DNA of 64,000 nt from Candidatus Latescibacterota bacterium (GTDB taxonomy: Bacteria > Latescibacterota > UBA2968 > GCA-2709665): contig OZ220733.1 of assembly GCA_965116875.1 (NCBI GenBank), positions 3,584,001 to 3,648,000 of the forward strand, in the 5' to 3' direction. The notes below the pieces were generated by a model. It made no database searches and was not told the origin of the DNA. It worked only from the letters and a program-made list of their open reading frames with translations. Position 1 is the first letter of the stretch. Every line of letters begins with the position of its first letter. Positions 40,744 through 49,405 of the stretch are shown here, in pieces. The translations under genes and the position numbers were made by a program.

Positions 40744-40807
40744 GTGGATTCTCCGCTGAAATTGACCTGCCTGGAGACACGCAACGGAAATGTCTGTCCG
40801 TTCTTGT

Positions 40808-40832
40808 CCGGATGGACTTTTTCAACGGGCTG
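40808..40832 (-). repeat. Solo left end of MITE family A
   Basis: CCGGATGGACTTTTTCAACGGGCTG abuts the pckG TAG. Confidence 0.8.
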
Positions 40833-42626
40833 CTATGCGCTCAACCGATCCTCGAGGGCGTTGAGCTCAGTCAGCAGTCTCGCGGGCAGCCGATTTTCGA
40901 ACCCCGCGTAGAATTCGCGGATATCGGGCAGTTCGGCGCGCCAGGCGTCCGGGTCCACGGAAAGCAGCGCTTCAACGTCGGCTTCCGGGATGTCCAGGCC
41001 GTCCAGATCGAGGGCATCGGGGGTGGGCACGTAGCCGATCGGGGTTTCAACCGCATCGGCCGTGCCGTCAATCCGTTCGCAGATCCACTTGAGCACGCGG
41101 CTGTTCTCGCCGAATCCAGGCCAGAGCCAGTTCCCCTCGGCGTCTTTGCGAAACCAGTTCACATAGAAGATTCTGGGCGCGTTTTCGCCCAGCATGGCGC
41201 CGATTGCGAACCAGTGATTGAAATAGTCGCCCATATTATAGCCGCAGAAGGGGAGCATTGCGAAGGGATCTCTCCGCAGCTTGCCCACGGCGCCGGCTGC
41301 CGCGGCCGTGGTTTCGGACGCCATGATGGAACCGAGGAATACCCCATGCGTCCAGTCCAGCGCTTCGAAAACCAGAGGAACGACCGTTGAGCGCCGACCG
41401 CCGAAAATGAATCCGGACATCGGCACCCCGTCCGGATTCTCCCATTCCGGATCGATGACGGGGCACTGTGCCGCGGGTGCGGTGTACCTCGCGTTGGGAT
41501 TGGAAGCATTGTCTTCCGACGACGGCGTCCATTCGCGCCCTAGCCAGTCCTCCAGCCGGGCCGGCGGGTCGTCTGTCATCTCCTCCCACCAGACGTCGCC
41601 TTCGGGGGTGAGGGCCGTGTTGGTGAAGAGACTGTTTTTTTCAAGCGCCGCCATCGCGTGACCGTTGGATTTGAGGCTGGTGCCCGGCGCCACGCCGAAG
41701 AATCCGGCTTCCGGGTTGATCGCCCGGAGCGTGCCGTCGGGACCCTGGCGCATCCATGCGATATCGTCTCCGACGCAACTGGCCTTCCAGCCCGGGACCG
41801 TGGGCTGCAGCATGGCCAGGTTCGTCTTTCCGCACGCGGACGGAAAGGCGGCGCCGATATAATGTTTCCTGTTCTCGGGAGACGTGAGGCCCAGGATGAG
41901 CATATGCTCGGCCATCCATCCTTCGTCGCGGGCCATTGTCGATGCGATGCGAAGGGCGAAACACTTCTTGCCAAGCAGCGCATTGCCGCCGTAGCCGGAG
42001 CCGTAGGACCAGATGGAGGGCTCGTCGGGAAAGTGTACGATGTATTTCTGATCTGCGTCGCAAGGCCAGGAGACATCGGACTGTCCCGGCTCGAGCGGAG
42101 CGCCCACGGAATGCATGCAGGGGAGGAAGTCGCCGTCACCCAGGGCGTCCAGCACCGGATCGCCCGTTCGGGTCATAATGTGCATGCTGCAGACGACGTA
42201 AGGCGAGTCGGAGATTTCCACCCCGATTTTGGAGGTCGACGAACCGATGGGGCCCATGGAAAACGGGATGACGTACATCGTCCGGCCGCGCATGGAACCG
42301 TCGAACAGGCCCTTCAACGTACGTTTCATCTCGACCGGCTCCCGCCAGTTGTTGGTGGGTCCCACGTCCTCTTCGTCCGGCGTACAGATGTAGGTGCGGT
42401 CTTCCACTCGGGCGACGTCGCCCGCATCCGAGCGGGCGAGAAAGCTGTTGGGGCGAAGGTCCGGATTCAGCCGGATGAACGTCCCGGACCGGCACAGCAA
42501 ATCGGCAAGCCGATCGTACTCTTCGCTTGAACCGTTGCACCAGTAAACGTCTTTCGGTTGGCAGAGCCTGGTTGCTTCGTTGACCCAGTCCAGCAGTTTG
42601 CGGTTTGTGGTTCTTGCGTTTCTCAT
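40833..42626 (-). CDS. pckG: Phosphoenolpyruvate carboxykinase (GTP)
   Basis: [55 protein letters not shown]. Confidence 0.97.
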   Translation of the reverse strand: MRNARTTNRKLLDWVNEATRLCQPKDVYWCNGSSEEYDRLADLLCRSGTFIRLNPDLRPNSFLARSDAGDVARVEDRTYICTPDEEDVGPTNNWREPVEMKRTLKGLFDGSMRGRTMYVIPFSMGPIGSSTSKIGVEISDSPYVVCSMHIMTRTGDPVLDALGDGDFLPCMHSVGAPLEPGQSDVSWPCDADQKYIVHFPDEPSIWSYGSGYGGNALLGKKCFALRIASTMARDEGWMAEHMLILGLTSPENRKHYIGAAFPSACGKTNLAMLQPTVPGWKASCVGDDIAWMRQGPDGTLRAINPEAGFFGVAPGTSLKSNGHAMAALEKNSLFTNTALTPEGDVWWEEMTDDPPARLEDWLGREWTPSSEDNASNPNARYTAPAAQCPVIDPEWENPDGVPMSGFIFGGRRSTVVPLVFEALDWTHGVFLGSIMASETTAAAAGAVGKLRRDPFAMLPFCGYNMGDYFNHWFAIGAMLGENAPRIFYVNWFRKDAEGNWLWPGFGENSRVLKWICERIDGTADAVETPIGYVPTPDALDLDGLDIPEADVEALLSVDPDAWRAELPDIREFYAGFENRLPARLLTELNALEDRLSA

Positions 42627-42652
42627 TCGACTCCTTCCAGGGATTCATGGGG

Positions 42653-43690
42653 TCAGTCGGCGTACGCCAGGTCTTCCAGAACCGAGGCGTCCGCGACACG
42701 GCTTGATATGTCCACGTTGAAGAATTGTTCGATCGGGGCGAACAGTTCCGGATTGTTGCGCTGAACGGTTCGTGCGATTTCAAGTACCTGTTTCAGTCCC
42801 GCCCGATTCATTCGACCCAGCGGCCGCCTGCACGGACCGGCGGGCATGCCGAGTATATTCATCAGTGTCTTTATTGGCACGGGGTTGCGGGCCTTGACCT
42901 GCGTCGTCCCAAAGGGCGTCTCTTCGTTCGAGAGAACCGTGACCATTCCGAAAAGGGGTTTGAGCGCATCCGCCAGACGATCCGCTTCAGCCATATCGCC
43001 TTCCAGAATCGCCTGCGTAAAACGCTGAATGGGACCGGGAACCACATTGGACATGACGGAAATGACGCCGGTTGCGCCGATGCGGGCGTCTGTCATCATC
43101 GCGTAGGTGACGTCGTCGTCTCCGGAGAGTATATAGAAATCGTCGCCGCAGACTTCACGGGTCCGGGCCATGTTTTCCAGGTCGCCCGTGGCTTCTTTGA
43201 CGGTGTTGACGTTTCCGTATTCGCGGTGCAGGATGGCCAGGTCTTCCGGAAGCAGTTTTGTTCCCGAACGGCCGGGAATGACATAGGAGACCATCTGGAT
43301 TTCCGGGAAGGCTTCGGCGACCGGCGCGATGTATTCCCGGCGGATTTCAAGCGAACTGGGGCCGTTGTAATATGGATCTACCAGCAGCGCGGTATCGGCT
43401 CCGGCGTGTGCGGCGTGTTCCGTTGCGCGCAGGGTTTCCTCGGTGGAATTGCCGCCGGTGCCGGCGATTGCCCGGCATTGCCCTCCGGTCAGCGAGCAGA
43501 CCCGTTCGGTGACGCTGTTGTGTTCCCCGCTGTTGAGGGTTGGGCTTTCCCCGGTGGTGCCGACTGCCAGTACACCGTTAACTCCTTGCGAAACCTGAAA
43601 TTGGACGAGATTCTCCAACCCTGGTTCATCGACGCCTTTGTTGGGATCCAGGGGTGTGATGAGGGCCGTGTAACATCCGCTGAATAACAT
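42653..43690 (-). CDS. dapA: 4-hydroxy-tetrahydrodipicolinate synthase
   Basis: GCYTALITP, GTTGESPTL, PYYN, YVIPGRS, VKEATG, SGDD, NPVPIK. Confidence 0.9.
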   Translation of the reverse strand: MLFSGCYTALITPLDPNKGVDEPGLENLVQFQVSQGVNGVLAVGTTGESPTLNSGEHNSVTERVCSLTGGQCRAIAGTGGNSTEETLRATEHAAHAGADTALLVDPYYNGPSSLEIRREYIAPVAEAFPEIQMVSYVIPGRSGTKLLPEDLAILHREYGNVNTVKEATGDLENMARTREVCGDDFYILSGDDDVTYAMMTDARIGATGVISVMSNVVPGPIQRFTQAILEGDMAEADRLADALKPLFGMVTVLSNEETPFGTTQVKARNPVPIKTLMNILGMPAGPCRRPLGRMNRAGLKQVLEIARTVQRNNPELFAPIEQFFNVDISSRVADASVLEDLAYAD

Positions 43691-43715
43691 GGGTTCACCT
43701 CCGGAATGAGTTACG

Positions 43716-43875
43716 CAGTCCGTTGGAAAAGTTGCTCTGCAGGCGAGGCCGAGCCATTGTGGTCGAAGACAAGGCGCGCGACCGAGTCCCATCCTGCGAT
43801 TCGGCGAGGGAGCGCAACGCAGGTTTTCGACCGCAAGGGCAGGCCGTAGCCCGGATGGACTTTTTCAACGGGCTG
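43716..43875 (-). mobile_element. 160-bp MITE-like element, family A, copy 2
   Basis: Reverse complement of 10032-10191 (about 94% by manual alignment); TIRs match at 15/17. Confidence 0.8.
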
Positions 43876-43888
43876 TTTAGGGGAACCC

Positions 43889-43932
43889 AAAAAAAACAGC
43901 CGGTTCCCGTTGGGGATGGAGGCAAGGCCGGC
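43889..43932 (-). terminator. Riboswitch expression-platform terminator
   Basis: On the minus strand, GCCGGCC...AACCGGC followed by TG and eight T. Confidence 0.6.
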
Positions 43933-43956
43933 CGTGCAAGTTCCAGCATGGATGGC

Positions 43957-44133
43957 GCAAGAGAGCACTCCACGGAGCTTTCCGTGACAGTCCAGAGGAT
44001 CTTATCCGATTGGACCAGCCCCTGTCTGCGGCGAAACAGATTCGGGACTTCGGCAGGTTCACCCTTTCACCGATGAGCCGATTACGCCTCGCATTCACCG
44101 GGTACTGTTGAAAACCTGCGCCTCTACCCTTGC
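43957..44133 (-). ncRNA. Lysine riboswitch (L-box)
   Basis: Minus strand GCAAGGGT-AGAGGCGC...AGTA...GAAAGG...GCCGAAG...CTGG...ACTGTC...GGAGTGCT-CTCTTGC gives the L-box motifs in order, upstream of dapA. Confidence 0.9.
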
Positions 44134-44147
44134 CTTTCGAAAGCAAC

Positions 44148-44176
44148 AAATTAGACAATGGGCGGGTCCGTGTCAA
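44148..44176 (-). promoter_or_regulatory. Sigma70-type promoter for the riboswitch leader
   Basis: Minus strand TTGACA-17bp-TAATTT. Confidence 0.65.
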
Positions 44177-44372
44177 GTGGAAAGATGAATTTCGGGGCCT
44201 CAGGTCGTCAGACAGCGGAGAATGAGCATTTTCCAGGCCGGAGAATGTGCAATTCGGCGCCAAGTTTTACTTTCGCGTAACGAATTCGTAGCCTATATTC
44301 CGATTTTTGTTTTCGTGCGTTGTGTCGGACGGAACCGTGCCGCCCGCATGGCATTTCCATGGAAGGTCGACT

Positions 44373-45611
44373 ATGCATTCATCTGAACCTCAGCGACACA
44401 CCCTGAAGAACGGAATTGAAGTCGTCGCCGAGTCCTTGCCCGGCGCCCAATCCGTTGTGGTTGCCTTCCGGTTCGGCTTCGGGGCGCGCGACGACCCTGC
44501 CGATCGGCTCGGGTTGGCCTGGGCTGCCGAAGAGACACTCCTCAAGGGAACGCCGGATCGCGACGCGCGCTCGATTTACGACGCTTTCGATTCCCTGGGC
44601 GCAAGACGCGGTTCGGCGACAGCCGTTGAATTCACGGAGTTCCAGGTGCAGCTCCTGCCCAGGCATTTTCCGAGGGGTTTGCGACTCTACGCCGAAGTGT
44701 TTTGCGGCGCATCCTTTCCGGACGAACAGGTTGAGGTGGCGAAAACGCTTGCGTTGGAGGAACTCAAGCGCCTGGAGGACAATCCGACCCACCAGGTTAT
44801 GTATATGACCTATCAGGCCGGGCTGGGGGATCCGATGGGGCGCAATCCGCTGGGAGAGGCGCCGACCATCGCGGCGATCGAACCGGGCGACGTACGCGGG
44901 TTCTGGCGGCGGCTGTGCAGCCCGCAGCGTCTTCTGATATCCGTGGCCGGCGGCCTCGGAACGGAGGAGATGTTCCGTGCCGTGGAAGAGGCGTTCGGCG
45001 GCTGGGAGAGGTCCGGGCCGCCGCCCGGGGATCCACTGCCGATTTCCGTGGCGAACCGGACGGTGCATCACACCAAAAAGTCCGAACAGGCGCACATCTG
45101 TCTGCTCTTCGGCGCCGCGCCGAGGGGACACGCGCTCTATTATCCCACGCAGCTCGCGGTTGCGGTACTCTCCGGCAGCGGGTCCAGCAGGCTGTTCACC
45201 GAGGTCCGGGAGAAGCGGGGGCTGGCGTACAGTGTCTCGGCCTCGTATCGCGCCCGTCGAGGCGGCGGATTGATTGCGCTGTATGCCGGTACCACGGCCG
45301 ACCGGGCCGACGAAACCCTGTCCGTGTGCCGGAAAGAGGTTGGGCGGGTCGCGGAGGATGTGACCCAGGCCGAGCTCGACAGGGCAAAGACTGTCCTGAA
45401 GGGACAGCTTTTCACAGCCGGTGATTTGCCGGAGGGTCGCGTGGGCAGTATGATGGACGGCCTGTTTATCGATGGGCGTCCGCGTTCCTTGCAGCAGATC
45501 GCGGCGGGTATAGACGGCGTGACATTGGACCGGATAACAGCCAGCCTGGAGGCCTTTCCACCGTCTCCTTCCACGATTGTGACCCTCGGGCCGCGGGCCC
45601 TGGGGTCGTAG
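44373..45611 (+). CDS. M16B peptidase, non-catalytic subunit
   Basis: HxxEH is replaced by WAAEE; SSRLFTEVREKRGLAY is retained. Confidence 0.85.
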   Translation: MHSSEPQRHTLKNGIEVVAESLPGAQSVVVAFRFGFGARDDPADRLGLAWAAEETLLKGTPDRDARSIYDAFDSLGARRGSATAVEFTEFQVQLLPRHFPRGLRLYAEVFCGASFPDEQVEVAKTLALEELKRLEDNPTHQVMYMTYQAGLGDPMGRNPLGEAPTIAAIEPGDVRGFWRRLCSPQRLLISVAGGLGTEEMFRAVEEAFGGWERSGPPPGDPLPISVANRTVHHTKKSEQAHICLLFGAAPRGHALYYPTQLAVAVLSGSGSSRLFTEVREKRGLAYSVSASYRARRGGGLIALYAGTTADRADETLSVCRKEVGRVAEDVTQAELDRAKTVLKGQLFTAGDLPEGRVGSMMDGLFIDGRPRSLQQIAAGIDGVTLDRITASLEAFPPSPSTIVTLGPRALGS

Positions 45612-45642
45612 CGGGACTCGTCAGGATTTACGGGAGATTTGC

Positions 45643-46875
45643 ATGCAGTCACCGTTTTCCACCCATACGCTCGACAACGGGCTCCAGCTGGTGTTCGAGT
45701 CCATTCCCAGGATCAACTCCGCGGCGATCGGATTCTACGTGCATACCGGCTCGCGGGACGAACCGGCAGAACTTGCCGGCGTGTCGCACTTTCTCGAACA
45801 TATGTGTTTCAAGGGCACGGCCAACCGCGACTGGCGCCAGCTGAGTCTCGACGTAGACGATCTCGGCGCCATGTGGAACGCGTATACCTGGTGGGAGGGT
45901 ACCGCCTATTTTCACTGGGTGCAAAGCGAACGGGCGGGAAGCTCGGCGGAGATCCTTGCAGATATGATGCGGTCCACGCTTCCGGAAGACCAGTTCGACA
46001 TGGAGAAGAAGGTCATCCTGGAAGAGATCGCAATGTATCGCGACCGGCCGGACGCGCTGATTATTGACGAACTGATCCAGGAGGCATTTGCGGGGCATCC
46101 GCTCGGGCAGAGCGTTCTGGGGACCGAGGAAACGATCGGCCCGATCTCCAGGGAGCAGATGGCGGACTATTTCAACAGGCGATACGCGCCGGACAATATG
46201 ACGCTCGTCATTACCGGCAGATTCGATCGGGACTCGATGATTCGCACGGCTGAAACGCATTGCGGCGGATGGGAACCGGGGAAGGCCATTCGGGAGCAGG
46301 TGGAGCCCTCATTCCACCCGACCACGCGTGTGCTGGAGCGCCCGAACGTGATCCGCGAGCATATCGCAATGGCGTTTCCCGCACCCTGCGACTCGGATGA
46401 CTGGGCGACGACCGCGGACCTGCTCGCCCACTATCTCGGTGCGGCCAGCAACAGCCGTCTTTACTGGTCGGTTGTACAGAAGGGGCTCGCCGACGAGGCC
46501 TCGGCGGATTTCTACGGTTTCAGCGATACCGGTCTGTTCTACGTGTATGTCTCCGTCGATCCGGAAAACGTCCCGCAGGTGCTCGAGATTGTACGGAAAG
46601 AAATCGACGGCCTGAAGGGGGGAATCAACGGAGAAGCCCTCGCCAGATCCAGGACCAAACAGGCGACTGCCCTGGTTGTCGGCGGCGAACACGGACTCCG
46701 GCGATTCTCACAGATTGTTGGAAGCCTGAGTACGGAGACGCCGCTGAGGACGCTTGAAGAAGAGTTGGCCGAGATCGACGCCGTTACGCCGGAACGGGTG
46801 GCCGAATACCTGGAGCGTTTCCCTCTGGACAGCGACCCGGCGGTGGTGGCGCTTGGGCCGCTGGCGTCCATCTGA
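45643..46875 (+). CDS. M16B peptidase, catalytic subunit
   Basis: GSRDE...GVSHFLEHMCFKGT, NAYT, EKKVILEEI. Confidence 0.92.
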   Translation: MQSPFSTHTLDNGLQLVFESIPRINSAAIGFYVHTGSRDEPAELAGVSHFLEHMCFKGTANRDWRQLSLDVDDLGAMWNAYTWWEGTAYFHWVQSERAGSSAEILADMMRSTLPEDQFDMEKKVILEEIAMYRDRPDALIIDELIQEAFAGHPLGQSVLGTEETIGPISREQMADYFNRRYAPDNMTLVITGRFDRDSMIRTAETHCGGWEPGKAIREQVEPSFHPTTRVLERPNVIREHIAMAFPAPCDSDDWATTADLLAHYLGAASNSRLYWSVVQKGLADEASADFYGFSDTGLFYVYVSVDPENVPQVLEIVRKEIDGLKGGINGEALARSRTKQATALVVGGEHGLRRFSQIVGSLSTETPLRTLEEELAEIDAVTPERVAEYLERFPLDSDPAVVALGPLASI

Positions 46876-46999
46876 CTGACGATGTTGAGGTTGGACGATG
46901 CCCGTCAGGAGGCGGTGGCGGGCCCCGGGAAGGTCCGTATCCGCGCCGACTCAAAGACAGGGTTCCGGAACCGGGGATTTACAGGCCGGGACCGGCCGC

Positions 47000-48223
47000 T
47001 CAGGCGTAGCAGGCGAGGACGTCGTCGAGGGATCGGGTGGGTTCGAAGAAGGAGAGCACGCGCAGAAGCACGTCATCGACAATGGCGTCGGGGCACGAAG
47101 CACCTGACGTCAGCGCCACGCTCAGGGGGCGTTTGTCCGGCAGCCAGTCCGTTGTATGGGCGGCTTTTTTTGCGTCCAGGCTGAAATGGCGGATCAGGGT
47201 TTCCGAACGGATTTCATCCGCGCCTTTGATAAAATAGGTGGGCATCTGCTCGAGACAGAGTTCGACGATGTGGGACGTATTGGACGAGTTGTACCCGCCC
47301 ACGACCAGCGCCAGATCCGCATCCTGTTCGACGAGGACATACGTCGCGTTCTGGTTTTCATTGGTTGCGTAGCACAGGGTATCCGAAGTGTCGGCATAGT
47401 GATTCAGGATGTTTTCCTCTCCGTAACGGTCCGCCAGCGCGTCCCGGAGGATTGTTGCGATGTGCCGCGTTTCGGTTGCCAGCATGGTTGTCTGATTGAC
47501 GATTCCGATGCGATGGAGGTGTCGGTCCGGGTCAAAGCCCTCCGAGCATTTGTGGCCGAAGCGTTCGTAAAAAACGCTGCGATCCGCCTTGCCCCTGATG
47601 ACGTCTGCAAGCTCATGCGCCTCTTTCATGTCCAGCACCACGACCGTGGGCGCGTCTCGGACGCTGTGAGAGAAAGTGGCGCGCGTCTCCTGGTGGGTGT
47701 CGTTGCCGTGTACGACCACGGAGAATCCCGACTCACCCAGTTTGGCGCTTCGGTTCCAGACCCGCTCCACAAAGGGGCAGGTTGTGTTATACGTGTAAGC
47801 GTCAATGCCGCGGGACGCAAGCGCTTCCTGGATTTCAACCGTTGTGCCGAACGCGGGAACCACGACGATATCTTCCGGCGCAAGGTAATTCCACGGGATG
47901 AGCTGCATTCCGTACGGGTCGAATATGAATTCGACGCCCCTGTCCTTCAGGTCGTTGTTGACGTTCGGATTGTGGATCATTTCGTTGAGGAAATAGATGC
48001 GCCGGTCCGGGTGTTTCTCGAGCGTCCGGTAGGCGATTTCAATGGCGTTTTCCACGCCGAAACAGAACCCGAAATGACGGGCCAGGAGAAATCGGACCGG
48101 GCCGAAGTCGAGTACCGAGGGAGAAAGATCCCGTTTGCGCATGTCCTGCATCTGCCTGTACGCCTTCACGCGCGATATGACGGGACTCTTGTAAAATTCA
48201 GGAATGTCGAATTTGCGTGCCAT
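47000..48223 (-). CDS. ispH: HMBPP reductase (long form)
   Basis: FGFCFGVENA, IHNP, TTCPFV, NQTT, DTLCYAT, VGGYNSSNT, SGASCPD. Confidence 0.95.
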   Translation of the reverse strand: MARKFDIPEFYKSPVISRVKAYRQMQDMRKRDLSPSVLDFGPVRFLLARHFGFCFGVENAIEIAYRTLEKHPDRRIYFLNEMIHNPNVNNDLKDRGVEFIFDPYGMQLIPWNYLAPEDIVVVPAFGTTVEIQEALASRGIDAYTYNTTCPFVERVWNRSAKLGESGFSVVVHGNDTHQETRATFSHSVRDAPTVVVLDMKEAHELADVIRGKADRSVFYERFGHKCSEGFDPDRHLHRIGIVNQTTMLATETRHIATILRDALADRYGEENILNHYADTSDTLCYATNENQNATYVLVEQDADLALVVGGYNSSNTSHIVELCLEQMPTYFIKGADEIRSETLIRHFSLDAKKAAHTTDWLPDKRPLSVALTSGASCPDAIVDDVLLRVLSFFEPTRSLDDVLACYA

Positions 48224-48233
48224 AGCTAACCAG

Positions 48234-48290
48234 GATTCGTCGGTTTTCGGGGACGTTAACCTTGATTCGTAAGTCTTCGGGGACGTTAAT
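48234..48290. repeat. 30-bp period tandem repeat (2 units)
   Basis: GATTCGTCGGTTTTCGGGGACGTTAA and GATTCGTAAGTCTTCGGGGACGTTAA. Confidence 0.65.
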
Positions 48291-48615
48291 TCGAATATGT
48301 GCTTGTAAATAAGGGCGATTAAACTGCTGATTACCAGGATACACCAGGACACTGTACGTGAACGGAAAAAATGTCCTTCTTTACGTCGATAACTCCCCGT
48401 TTCGGAGGGTTTTATCGCGTCGCCGCGTTGCTGTTTTTTCGGATTGAGGTTAATTCGTTATATGTGCAAGTCGATAGGGGCGATTAGACTGCAGATTACC
48501 AGGATACACCAGGTAAGCAGGACGTGAACGAAAAAGATGCCCTTCCTGACGACCATTTCGGCCCGTATCGGGTAGTTTCGTCGGGGTGCCGCGTTGCGGA
48601 ATCTGCGTAATTGAG
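48285..48615. repeat. Degenerate ~165-bp tandem duplication between dut and ispH
   Basis: Units begin GTTAATTCG at 48285 and 48449. Identical core GATTACCAGGATACACCAGG at 48329 and 48494; shared ACGTGAACG and GCCGCGTTGC. Confidence 0.75.
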
Positions 48616-48686
48616 TCTGATAAATCGTAGTGGAATCCCCGCGCCCGGTAACGCGGCGGAATCTCCTTGACGGTTGCTCCTGCTCC

Positions 48687-49136
48687 TCAATCCTGCCCGG
48701 TACTCCCGAACCCGCCTCGATCGGGCGCGTCGAGGCGTTCCGTTTCATCCCAGTCGGCCTGGACGATGCGTACGAATATCCCCTGTGCAAGCCGTTCACG
48801 CCGCCGGACACGTACCGGGCCGTCTGTAAAGTTGTAAACCTGGACGTGGATTTCGTCATTGGGCCCGCGGTAATCCTGATCGACTATGCCCATGCCGTTC
48901 GGTACCATCAGGCCCTTTCTGTGCGGCAGGCTGCTTCGGGCGGCAAGCAGGAGCATGTATCCCGGTGGAACGGCAACGATGAGATTGGCCGGGACAAGCC
49001 GGATTTCGCCCGGCGGGACCACGACGTCCTTCCTGCAGAGCAGATCGAATCCGACCGAGCCGGGAGTCTGGTGGCGCGGTAGAGGGAGCGACGGGTCCAC
49101 CCTCCTGATCCGGATTTTCTTTCGGTACTCGCCCAG
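48687..49136 (-). CDS. dut: dUTP diphosphatase
   Basis: GSVGFDL, ARSSL, GIVDQDYRG, RLAQ, RGGFGSTG. Start is CTG 49136 or GTG 49100. Confidence 0.92.
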   Translation of the reverse strand: MGEYRKKIRIRRVDPSLPLPRHQTPGSVGFDLLCRKDVVVPPGEIRLVPANLIVAVPPGYMLLLAARSSLPHRKGLMVPNGMGIVDQDYRGPNDEIHVQVYNFTDGPVRVRRRERLAQGIFVRIVQADWDETERLDAPDRGGFGSTGQD

Positions 49137-49405
49137 CGTGGCGCTTCCTTTATCTACGGCCTGTCATCAGCAGGTTTATCAATGAAACCATATTAACCAT
49201 CTGCTCGATTGCTGTCAACAGTTTTCCTGAAATTGACGCGAAAAACCGTCGTTACGGACTGCCGTTATGGCTTGACTTTCCGGTACCCCGTCGCAATCAT
49301 ATACAGCGTAAATCCGATGCGTACAGAAGCCCGCGGACACCAACGCGTCGGCGTGTAAAACGCGGTGTCGGCGCGGCCGAAACCATTCTGTGGATTGGAT
49401 GAGAG

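Noticed and set aside
48285-48615. Possible CRISPR array
   Set aside because: Only two units, the intervening sequences are homologous rather than unique spacers, and there are no cas genes.
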